Source: Macrostomum lignano (lineage: Eukaryota). Taken from it: a stretch of 64,000 nucleotides of DNA. A model generated the notes under the pieces. It saw nothing but the letters and a program-made list of their open reading frames with translations, was not told where the DNA came from and made no database searches. Positions within the stretch are counted from its first letter, which is position 1, and each line of letters starts with the position of its first letter. Position numbers and translations under genes: made by a program. Where the stretch lies: NCBI GenBank assembly GCA_002269645.1, contig NIVC01000003.1, positions 372,001-436,000 of the forward strand. Direction: 5' to 3'. This document shows positions 31,549 to 43,333 of this stretch, in pieces.

Positions 31549-31641
31549 AGCTAGTTCGGGAGATTGGTTCCATCTATCTGGTAAATGATATTGCTGGCAC
31601 ACTCAAGACTAGGAGCAGACGCCAGAACGCCCAACCACCCC

Positions 31642-33101
31642 TCACATAACCAACGCACAAGTTCGATAACTCACGGCTCTACGCAGAATTTGAGACTCGG
31701 GAATCTCTACGGAGATGAAGTAGGCCAGCTGCCGGTCCTGCACCCGGCTCACCGTGTACTGCAGGCTGTTCAGGCCGTCGGAGTGCCAGCGCTTTTTGCC
31801 GAATTTAATTAGCTTGAAGCTGGCCAGGTTTAATGGGGATTAAAAAATCGATTTGAGATTATGCAGGCAGGAACAGCCGACTCCTGAAAGTCGGGAATCT
31901 AGAGCAAACACAGACATTAATCAGCTTTGCACTGATTAATGCAATGCATTTCGGCTTTGCAAATACTGCGATATCTGCGCTGTGAACAAGCTCCCATCGG
32001 CTTGCCGGGTCGCTTTTGTTGTTGTTGTTAAACGGGGGTGGGAAGCCGGGAGCTACCCGCAGATCAGCCCTGGGAGGGGCTCTGCCGCCGAGGGGCACTA
32101 CCAGGGGCATATAGCCCGAGATACCCCGAGATTGGACCCTGACGTCTGGGCCAGGGGAATCTGCCAACCCAAGCCTATGGACTAAGACACCGCCAACCCA
32201 AAAGTGGAATCAGGGACGGTGCTAGGACCGAGTCCACCCAGGCTACCCCCCCCCCCCCCCCAGCAGACAAGTCCTCGGAGTGCGCGAAAAACAGAATTGG
32301 AAATGAAAATGTTGGGTATACTACTGAAGCCGTCCAAGAGCGGGGAAACCCAGAAGTCTTGGAAAGGGCTTAACTATTGGAGCGAGTCTGAAAGGCTTGT
32401 ATCCGAGGGCGAGTCTCCCATCAGGCAGTCCCTAGCAGCCTACCTATGGGGCTGCAAGCCACAAGGGCATCACATATCCAGCTCAATATTGGAGGCCAGG
32501 CCAAGGGGGAGGGGCACAAGGGGCAAGAGGAAACCGGACTCAGCCGGTCGCTTTTACAGCCCTAAATTTCACAAACCCTTAATTTCACAACGTCTCAAGA
32601 CAAACTTTCATAAGCTCTAAATTTCAGAAACCCTAATTTTCATAACGTCGAAAAAGTCGTGCACAGAATTTCATAAGCTCTAAATTTCACGACGTCAATA
32701 ACAAAATTTGCATCAGACTGCACAAACTCTAAATTTCATCACAACGCCTAAAAGCACTATGGAGATACGATTTGTGGCTTGTAAAATATCGTATCTCTAT
32801 AGTGCTATTAGGCGTTGTGAAATTCTTTGCACGGCTTTTCGACGTTGTGAAAATTAGGGTTTATAAAATGTAGGTTTTATAAAACGTTCGAGTTTCGACG
32901 TGAAAATTAGGGTTTTATGAAATGACCCCGGTTTGACGAAGCGGCTTTTGCGTTCAGTTTGCTCGCACAACCAATGCTCGCTTTACACAGGCTCATGGGA
33001 CCGCCTGTCTTTTTCTATCTATCGATCTATCTGTCTATCTATCTGTCTATCTATCTGTCTATCTATCTGTCTATCTATCTATCTATCTGTCTATCTATCT
33101 G

Positions 33102-33187
<86 letters not shown>

Positions 33188-33246
33188 CATCTATCTGCCT
33201 ATCTATCTATCTGCCTATCTATCTATCTGCCTATCTATCTATCTGC

Positions 33247-33296
<50 letters not shown>

Positions 33297-33328
33297 GCCT
33301 ATCTATCTATCGATCTATCTATCTATCG

Positions 33329-33396
<68 letters not shown>

Positions 33397-36300
33397 GCCT
33401 ATCTATCTTTCTATCTATCTATCTATCTATCTTTCTATCTATCTGCCTATCTATCTTTCTATCTATCTATCTATCTATCTTTCTATCTATCTATCCGCCA
33501 CCCCACCAGAACTAGCAGGCCCGGGCTCACCGCATAGGGTTGGGCTTGTTCTTCTCCTCGGTCTTGTGCTTGATCATGGTGTAGCGGGCGATGGACAGCG
33601 GGTAGCGGCTGATCTTGAAGCCGGACCAGACCACTCTGTTAGCAAAGTCGTCGTCCTCGCCGCCCCAGCCGAAGAACAAATTCGAAAATCCGTTGATGGC
33701 CTTGAATTGCCGCGGCGTGAGGGCGCAGGCGCCGCCGAAGATGGTGGCGTAGGGCAGGCGGTACTTGAACTTGTCCACGGCCGCGCTCATGTGCCTGGGG
33801 TGGGCGCCGCACCTGTACATGTTGTGATCGTGCTCGGGCAGCAGGTCAACGTCGTGGAAGATGAAGCAGTTGGGCTTGAACAGCCGCATGGCCTCCTTGA
33901 AGCCAATGTTGAACAGCATGGCCCGATTGAACCGCGTGGTGCCCGCCTGCGAGTGGCGAGTGCGGCTTCAATTAGATGAGCGGGTTCAGTGCAAACGGGT
34001 GGAAGTGCGCACTCACAGCTGACGGGGTACAAGTCTTAGTAGTGAGTCTATTTGCCTTCTGTCCAACAGGTAGCTTCACCTCGGCTACTTCAGGACAGGT
34101 AGCTTTTACCTTGACAACTTCACGACAAGTTGCTTTTACCTTGACAACTTCACGACAAGTAGCTTTTACCTTGACAACTTCACGACAGGTAGCTTTTACC
34201 TTGACAACTTCACGACAGGTAGCTTTTACCTTGACAACTTCACGACAGGTAGCTTTTACCTTGACAACTTCACGACAGGTAGCTTTTACCTTGACAACTT
34301 CACGACAGGTAGCTTTTACCTTGACAACTTCACGACAGGTAGCTTTTACCTTGACAACTTCACGACAGGTAGCTTTTACCTTGACAACTTCACGACAGGT
34401 AGCTTTTACCTTGACAACTTCACGACAGGTAGCTTTTACCTTGACAACTTCACGACAGGTAGCTTTTACCTTGACAACTTCACGACAGGTAGCTTTTACC
34501 TTGACAACTTCACGACAGGTAGCTTTTACCTTGACAACTTCACGACAGGTAGCTTTTACCTTGACAACTTCACGACAGGTAGCTTTTACCTTGACAACTT
34601 CACGACAGGTAGCTTTTACCTTGACAACTTCACGACAGGTAGCTTTTACCTTGACAACTTCACGACAGGTAGCTTTTACCTTGACAACTTCACGACAGGT
34701 AGCTTTTACCTTGACAACTTCACGACAGGTAGCTTTTACCTTGACAACTTCACGACAGGTAGCTTTTACCTTGACAACTTCACGACAGGTAGCTTTTACC
34801 TTGACAACTTCACGGCAGGTAGCTTTTACCTTGACAACTTCACGACAGGTAGCTTTTACCTTGACAGCTTCACGACAGGTAGCTTTTACCTTGACAACTT
34901 CACGACAGGTAGCTTTTACCTTGACAACTTCACTACAGGTAGCTTTACCCGGCTACTTCAGGACAGATAGTTTTTGCCCCGGCTACTTCAGGACAGGTTT
35001 TGCCCCGGCTACTTCAGGACAGGTAGTTTCTGCCCCGGCTACTTCAGGACAGGTAGTTTCTGCTACTTCAGGACAGGTAGTTTCTGCCCCGGCTACTTCA
35101 GGACAGGTGGTTTCTGCTACTTCAGGACAGGTAGTTTCTGCCCCGGCAACTTCAGGACAGGTAGCTTTACCCCGGTCAAGTCCTTCAAACAGCGCATTCC
35201 TAGATCGAATAGCGAAAGAAAGGCAAAGCAAAGGCAGCTGTGGGAAAGGAAGCCTACGAGTATCTACTGACAACCGACAGTAAGAATTAGCGGAATGCAC
35301 AGGCAAAGGCAGGCGCAGGGCGGGGCTCCGCTCTGAGCAGATAGGATAGAACAGAGCCAACCTGGGCGGAAGGGGAGCTCAATGCACTGCCTGGCAATGA
35401 TTTAATAACATAAGCAGCCGGCCGGCTTTCATTGGCAGCCGATTATCAGGATTACTAGCGACAAACAGTAAGCAAAAGGCTGCGCCAGGCTGTCGCTGCC
35501 TGGATAATGAATGGCATTAACTAACTGCAGCAAGATTTGATCAGGGCGGGAGAATAAGAACGGAGAACGCTTGCAATCGATAAGAGTCTTTGTCAAGCGA
35601 GTCATATTCCTTCTGGAAGGTGCAATTTTCTATGAAACACAGGGCTTTTTTCGCACTTTATCAGCCATAACTTTTAAGCTTATCCCAAAATCCCGGAATC
35701 CACCCCAAAAAATGTTAATCCCGTTCGATCCTGAAAATTCCCGGAAAGCCAGTTAGCTAATGTCGTTTGAGCACACCTGTGCTCTAGCAATTTTTTAACA
35801 TTGAGTGAGATTGTAAAGATAAGTAGACCAGGGCTCATTAATTAATCCTGGCTCCATCTCCTGGCCCTACATAACCGTCTACATCAACAATTGGGGTTTT
35901 TTTCGTCAGATGCCATTATTTATTCGCCCTCAGGCCTGAAAATCCCGATGCCAGAATGGCAGTCAAAAATCAATTGGCCTTTAAAAATCAATTTAAAAAA
36001 TTCTACTACCAACAGAGGCTGGCTCTTGCGTCACTGACAAAGAGCAGCTCGGGCAACAATTATTTAAGGCTCATTCTCACCTGCTCAATGGCGAACACCT
36101 TAAAGTGCAGCTGCTGCCGCTGCAGCATGGGCACCAGGTTGGCCAGGAACAGCCGCAGGTGGGCGTCCCTGTTTCTGAAGGGCACCACGATGGCCACCCG
36201 CTGCCGGGCCTGGCAGTCGGCCGGCCGGGACCCGCCGTGCCGGACGTCCGGGAACTGGGCGGCCAACTCGGACCAGGAGGGCGACCTGACCGGGTCGGAC

Positions 36301-36674
36301 AGGATCTCCGCCTTGGGCAGCAGGCCGCGCAGCTTGGGCGGCACGTTGGGGCACAGCGGCAGCTTGCTGGCGGCCGAATCGGCGGGGTCCAAGTCGGCCT
36401 CGGCCAGCGAGGCGCTGCTGTTGCCATCGAGCAGCGGCAGATCGATGAGGCGGCCAGCAGCGGCCGAAGTCGGCGCCGTCCCGTTGGCGATGTGGCGGCC
36501 GCCGAGTGGCAGGCCGGGCGTGTAGATGGCGGGCTCGGCGCGCTGGCTGAACAGCACGGAGCAGACCAGGCTGGAGTTGATCATCAGCTGGGTGCAGGCG
36601 AACAGGGCCAGCAGAGCGCAGGCGCTGCGGTATGGGTGCCCGCGAGCCAGGGTGGCCAGCCTGCGGCACCACAT
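31642..36674 (-). CDS. GT7-family beta-1,4-galactosyl/N-acetylgalactosaminyltransferase (bre-4-like), about 395 aa; exons 36674-36081, 33946-33531, 31819-31642
   Basis: Type II TM anchor, [59 protein letters not shown] and [15 protein letters not shown] introns are in phases 0 and 2. Confidence 0.95.
32544..32931. mobile_element. About 390-bp foldback/MITE-like palindromic element in glycosyltransferase intron 2
   Basis: The left arm (TTTCACAACG/AAACCCTAAT repeats ... ACAACGCCTAAAAGCACTATGGAGATACGAT) is reverse-complementary to the right arm (ATCGTATCTCTATAGTGCTATTAGGCGTTGTGAAA ... ATTAGGGTTT). The central loop is at about 32770-32785. No clear target duplication was found. Confidence 0.75.
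33010..33494. repeat. (CTAT)n/(CTGT)n microsatellite
   Basis: Directly visible. It gives the IYLS ORFs. Confidence 0.98.
34085..35170. repeat. 30-bp minisatellite (GGTAGCTTTTACCTTGACAACTTCACGACA), about 28 copies, grading into a related GGCTACTTCAGGACAGGTAGTTTCTGCCCC repeat; glycosyltransferase intron 1
   Basis: Directly visible. It gives the 435-aa [13 protein letters not shown]. Confidence 0.97.
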
Positions 36675-39274
36675 TGTGGCTGCGGGTGTGAGTCCAGGTG
36701 AAGAAAAAAGATTTGCCCTATAAGTTTATTAATTACTTTCTTATCAAAAGGTGACAATATTTGTTTTAAATTCATAGACAACATAATTATTCAGCCAACC
36801 CAAGTCAATTAAGTAAGCTACGTATACTTAAGCTACGTAGTCTCGTATTTACTTTTAAAGATTGTCCATTGATAATCTTTGCTAAAACTCAACCTGGCAG
36901 TTTTAGACTGTACTAGCAATCTAGTGCTGCCCCCCTTCTGGACGACCAATAAGCAAGGAGCAAAAATAGTTCAAGGAAAAACAATTAAAAAACCACATTT
37001 TCTTAAACACCAATTCCTTCTTCACTTTTAAAAATCACCTCATTCATATAAAATTGTCACGGACAATGATATTTGTTAGGAATCTCTTTTTTTTTCTAAA
37101 ATTAACAAACACAACAAAATATAGCTTTCACAAAGATAACAGACATTCCCCCTAAATAGAAAATACTCCCAAGACAGCAAGCATCCCTCAAGAAAGCAAG
37201 CACCCCCCTTCAAAAGTAAGCAACCGCAGATTAGACTATATTGAAATTTTATAATAGACACTGATTGCAACAATCACTTACAAACTATATAATGTGATTT
37301 CTTTTTTTCGCATTTCTATGGTATATTAAACCATTAAATTAAAATTCAAGTGTTTTTGTTTACTACAATTATTAGCTAGAGGGCTCCCAATAGAAAACCC
37401 AATAGCTGCAGATAGCCATGGATTTAACCTAATGAGCTTATGCATGTAAAAAATGTGCTGTTTCTTTGATGGCTGCTCTGCAGCCACAGTGGATTTTTTC
37501 AGAGTGAGTGGCAGGGTGCCACTTGTGCTGGCCATAGACGGCTGCAGCTGTAGACATTCAGCAGATGACAGATTCTTTTTGGTAGCTCAAGACACATGTG
37601 CATAGGGGATGCACATGCCTATACAACTAAAAAAGTAGAAATAAAACACAAAAAAATTAATGTCTATTAAAATTTTTGAATCTTTTTATAGTTGCAACAG
37701 GTAGTAATTATATCAAATTTGCATACATTGCCTATTGGAGTAAGTTTCAAAAACTTGCACATATATAACACAGATGCAAAAAGTTGCCCAATGCATAACA
37801 CATGAGTCAAAAGAATGAAAAAGTGTGACATGATGTAGCACTAATAGAAATTTTGTTTAGAAGTACTTCTGATCAGGATTTGAAATAACAATTTATAAAA
37901 TTATTAAACATGGTAGAAAATGACAGATAAAGACCAATATGAAAATCTAGAAAATAAAGTAGGCCTCAACATTCTAAAACTTAATATACAAAGTCTCAAA
38001 CAATAACTAAATTACTCTTGCAGTGTTTTTTATATGTTCTATGCTATATGTGCTATAATGACTCTTAGAGAGAATTACTGAAATTTCAATGCTTTAGGGT
38101 TAGGGTTAGGCTAGGGTTAGAAAGTAAACAATTTTTTTAAGATTTCAAGGCTTATGGGGGCATTGCTAAGATGTCAAGGGGGGAGTTGATATGTTAAGCC
38201 AGTTAAGGCTTGTGGGGGGAATTTCTGACATGTCAAGGCTTACAAGGGACAGCTGGGGTAAAATGCAGAGATGCTACATGTAGTTTATTAAAACAACTTG
38301 TACTGCATTTTTTAGGCTCCCCAACGGGGGGCTCTAATTGCTAGTCACTACCCAAAAGTGGGTAAAGATTTAAAGAACCACACCACAGTGACTTCTTAGC
38401 CAAAGATATACACCTAGATATATTACCTAGATAATTTTGTGAAGATAAAATTAAGTTGACTTTGATGCTCTTTGTACTACTTGGTTTTGATTTTTTAATT
38501 TGATAGTTTTTCAATATTTTAGAAAGCTGTTAAGAGCTAGTGCCATCAATAGCATGTCTAAACAAGTTTATTGCCTTGGATGAAGATGAGGATGAGAATA
38601 TGCTTATTTCTAATGTTGACTAAGACCTTGACTAGGCTGAGAAAAACTGAACTAGCTAAAATGTACCAACCCAAGGCCAGCCAATTCAAGTTATTTTGTA
38701 AAAAGAAAATGAGCAATCAAATGACTTGTTCCATTCCAGAGTTTTGAACTCAGGCTTTATGCTTCACTATATTATGCAGCTATGTGTTTTTTATGAAGAA
38801 TCCAAATTTATACACTATTGCGAGCTGTGTTATGTTATCTCTGCATATATCAATTGCCTTGAATCCATGCATTTTTATAAGCCTCTGCATATTATTTAGC
38901 ATTAGAATTAGAATGTGAGTTTTTTATTTTATATTCTGATATAGTATAAGAACTACTGCTTCTTGCATTGCAATAGGCAACTTAGGAGTTTCTGGATAAT
39001 GTTAATTATTTCACAAAAGGGTTGCTAATGTGCAACATTAATAATTATAGTCATTATAGATAGGAAACAAATTTTGTTCTTGCAGTTGCAGATCCCAAAT
39101 TATTTTTATGCATAGGCGTAGGAATGAGGGAAGGGGCAGTGGGGCCAAGGCCCCCATGTTTTAAAATGGGAGGCCAATAATAGTATCTGGCCCCTCCACA
39201 TTTTAAATGTAAAATATAGACTTCTTGCTTATTTTTAGTTTTTTCTTCTTTGCATGAATGGTGACAAAACATAG

Positions 39275-39490
39275 CACCTATAGCACCAAAAATGAGTGCC
39301 TATGGTGCCAAAATGAGTGCTTGCAGCGCTAAAATGAGTGCCTATGGCACCAAAATAAGTGCTTGTGGCACTAAAATGAGTGTCTATAGCACCAAAATGA
39401 GTGCATATGACACTAAAATGCGGGCTTGGCCCTACAGCATTAAAATGAGTGCCTACAGGCTGTGGCACTTGATAAAATGAGTGCTGACAA
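39275..39490. repeat. Degenerate 21-bp tandem repeat (GCACCAAAATGAGTGCCTATG-like)
   Basis: About 9 diverged copies (MSAYGAK periodic ORF). Confidence 0.85.
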
Positions 39491-39560
39491 GATGGATTTT
39501 GAAAATAATAGTACATAATAATTGTGCATTTTTCATATGAAAAATCTAACTCAATAGAGG

Positions 39561-40237
39561 CCATACTCAGGAAGGTGGCCTGCACGCGGGAATTTTCCCG
39601 CGTGCACAAGCCACACTAAAATTTTGGCATGCAAAGTTGGCGTGCAAATAGGGGTCTCAAGCCACGTCTAAATTTTCAGCGTACAAGTTTTTTACTTGGC
39701 GTGTAACCTTGGCGTGCAATTACAAACTGACAGTATATCAACAAGTCAGATATAGATGTATACACTATATATATACAATATATAAAGTTAAATGTGAACA
39801 ATTGAATTTGAATATTGATTAAACCAACTAGTTGAGGCTACAGCCTAGCCTATAGCCAGGCCTACACTCTACAGCCTACATTAAAATTAAAATATCCAAT
39901 AACTTTTAAACACTCTTATTTTGTGACTCTTGTAGACTATTAGTTTATTTGTTTCTTGAAATGTGAAGAAAAAGTTTTTGATACTCACTATGTTCTTTGT
40001 AGCGAATTTCCTTTTTTTATATAAACTTTGTTTAACGTAAGTAGAAAATTTATTTAAAAATAGTATCTAATACGGTATATACAATTTTCGGCGTACATGA
40101 TTTTTGGTATTCAAGATTTTTGGCGTGCAACAGAAACGTCATGTAAAGGGTTTTAAAAAATTGGCGTACATTGGCGTGCACCAAGGATTTTTCCATAAAT
40201 TGATTCCCGCGTGCACTTGCCACCTTCCTGACTATGG
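39561..40237. mobile_element. 677-bp MITE with CCATA(C/G)TCAGGAAGGTGGC terminal inverted repeats and an 8-bp target duplication AATAGAGG
   Basis: Left end CCATACTCAGGAAGGTGGCCTGCACGCGGGAA. The reverse complement of the right end is CCATAGTCAGGAAGGTGGCAAGTGCACGCGGGAA. AATAGAGG lies at both 39553-39560 and 40238-40245. Subterminal TTGGCGT(G/A)CA repeats are present. Confidence 0.88.
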
Positions 40238-43200
40238 AATAGAGGTGTGCACTCTATGTGTCCCCCCCTCTAAATCTATCACTGAACCTGGCCCTCTAGT
40301 TTTTGAAACATTCCTATACCTATTTTTTATGCCTATATCATTGACAATATATAGAGCAAAAATTGAAACACATATATGGCCTTTTTCTAAATAATTGTCA
40401 TAATTGAAACAATTTTTAGGGCAAATTTTTCGAAAGTTCAAAATTATTCAAACAAAAACATGTCTTTGTCAAATGTATAAATATACAAATGTATAATCTT
40501 AAAAATGTGCAAAGACAAATATATTTGCAACCCTATTGGATCATTGCATATAGTATAGGGCCTTTGCAACTACAACCCTATCTCAGAGACATGTAAGAGC
40601 TAGCCCCATAAAAAGAAAACTTTTAATAAATTAATATTCATAGGTCTCTAATTGTTATTAGATTAAATTTACATTGAAGCATTGTGCTCCATGGTATTAC
40701 TTTTGCCAAAATGTCTTTTTGCTGATGTGACCTACACCCAAGAAAACTATTATTAAGACATTTTTATTTTGCTTTTCTATTTGAATTTGGTTAGAAGTCA
40801 TATTTGGATACTTGGATTAGGGCCTAGGCCTAATATTCAAACCTTTTTTTGGATATCCTAGCTAAAATTAACTAGTTCTTCATGGTTCAGTTAAATATTT
40901 ACTACTTTTAATATTTTGGCCTACTATTTTTGCAAAGTTTATATTATAAACAAGCCTAAAATATAGTTTGCCATTTTTTGTTTCTGTCTTGGTACATTCT
41001 TTGTATGCGATATAAATCCTTTGGCGTATATTGGGCAGAAGGGCAGATGCAGTAAAATTTCAAACTCAAGCAGCCAGGTAACTCAATTATCTTAGTACAC
41101 CACCGAAAAATTGTTGACGTTGAGGAAATACAACGACAAATGAGTATTGTATGGAAGGTTTGCAGTAATCTTGCCTTAGTGAATACAAAATTAACTAAAT
41201 TGATGAAATGACAAAAAAATGAGCATTCTTGTAGAAAGCAAAAAGCAAACAGCCTCCCAAAATTACAAAACTCATCATTGCAAGACTGACTGGTATGCGT
41301 TTTGTATTTTTTCCAGGAAACGAAAAGCCAATAGGATACAATTTTTTTTTCATTTTTTGGCAATATATATTTACATCAGATTGTGTTTTTATTACAATTT
41401 AATTGACAGACGCTGTTTTTGTTTAAATGTTAAGCTGTACAGAACTGTACAGTTTGTTATACTTTTTGAACAAAAAATTTTCGAGGCCGCATGATACGAG
41501 CAATTATTTGCCATGCTCCAGCCTCCAAGATCATTTCAAAAAAGCGGACGCTGAGCTGATATACTTATATAAAACTAAATACAAGTGTACGATTTTTATC
41601 TGTTCATAATTCTGGCAAATTCGTCATCTTGCCTTGGCACTTTGTTACGCACCAATGTAATGCAAGCAATAGTGCATAACATCTTTTTACTTCACTTAAG
41701 TTTACCTTCTATATTTTCATATGCCCATATATCCTTTTATGCTAGTTGGTAGTACTAGAATATATATTTCGAATTTAGTATTTTGGTAAGACACATTTTA
41801 GCTAAGGAATTGGACGATTTCTTAGTTTGTTTTTCATGTGCACGCAATTGGACCACTTGCACGATTTTTAAGTGTTGCGTCCTTTAAGTCTTGTAGTCCT
41901 TGGTGCATGGTAGGTTGGTTTATTCAATATCGACTAATTTTATAACCCCCTCCCCCTTTACTTTGCTGCAAATAGAAATCGCGTAGAGAATTTTTTCAAA
42001 CTTTCCAGCTTTTTTCGACTTCCGAATTGCATTAGTCTTCCTTTACAAGTGTCTAAGCGTAAGTAATACAGCTAGAGCAGGAAAGCTCGACGTACTACTA
42101 GGCTAGGCGTGCAGCACTAGAAAGAGGATTAAAGTTTAATTCGTATATTCGTATAATCGGCTAAGAAAGAAGCCAGGTAGATTCTAGGTAGACAGGTAGA
42201 GAGAGATGAGATTAAAACTAATTATATTTTACTATATGCGTACATGTACATGCAAATTTACAGATTTTCATATGCAGTATAGGGATGAATTAAATGGGAT
42301 TAAACTGAAGCTGAAAACATTTTTTGGAATGCAACAACGTGAACAGCAACGCAGCTGTAATAGACTAATAAAACAGTATATTTAATTTTTACTTAATTGT
42401 TGTGAACATAATTAACAGTATCCGTGTCGTGATTCTCATTAGACTTAACCTAGCTAATGGCCACAACACTGAATAAGGAGGCGAGATTGCTAGGTAGATA
42501 CGAGTACTTAAACGAGAGTAGGGTGCTGATTTGTAAAATTTAAGTAGGTCCAGAAAAAGTAATGCTAAATACTAAAATAATGCAGCAATTAAAACAGCCA
42601 AATAATTCTGCAACTAATTATTTTTGCTATAATGTGCGGAATAAGAGATAGAAAGAAAAAACTAAAAAAGTTTGACTAGGTAATTATTTTTATAACAAAT
42701 TGCAAGACTTGCTTATAGAATGAACAGAAGCAACAACACTGCAGTAACTATCTGCAGTCGTTGCTAAAAATATCGGGTAGGGAATATCAATAGAGCTACT
42801 GAGCTGTAGGACTGCGAGACTATAGCTGATCGAATGACCATTAAAAATGATTGACACTCAACCATATATTCAAATCTAAATAACTAAATTTAGCTCATCA
42901 AACTATCATTCTATAGTTATCTATCATTCAATCATTCATAAAGCGCCTTATTGCACAGAGTTACAAATTCAACAAAAGACTCAAACTTTTAAAAGTCAGA
43001 ACTGATAAAGGGCAAGCAATGACTTAGTGATAACCAGAGTTCCCAAGTTCGGTTCTGGGGTAAAATGGCCTCGATTGTTTGGGGTCCACACATGGACAGT
43101 GCCAACTGGAAGGCCCAGAGTGTGCAGGAATACAAGCTTTGACATTGGCAATCAGGCCAGCAAAGCTGTACACCTGTGCGAGCGGCGCCTGCTCAGCGGA

Positions 43201-43333
43201 ATGGGCTGACTGCGGGGATCCTAAACATCTTCGCAATACTATCAACGCCTCGGTAATAAACTGGGTAATAAACTAATAAACGGTAATAAACTTAGTAAAC
43301 CCATGCAACGTCTCGTTGCCAATGGCGACGCAG

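Noticed and set aside
32204-32545. ORF ending [17 protein letters not shown], reminiscent of a LINE ORF2 C-terminus
   Set aside because: The resemblance is weak and low in complexity, with no RT motifs or poly-A tail.
38093-38122. TTAGGG-like repeats
   Set aside because: Only 3-4 imperfect units, too short to call an interstitial telomere.
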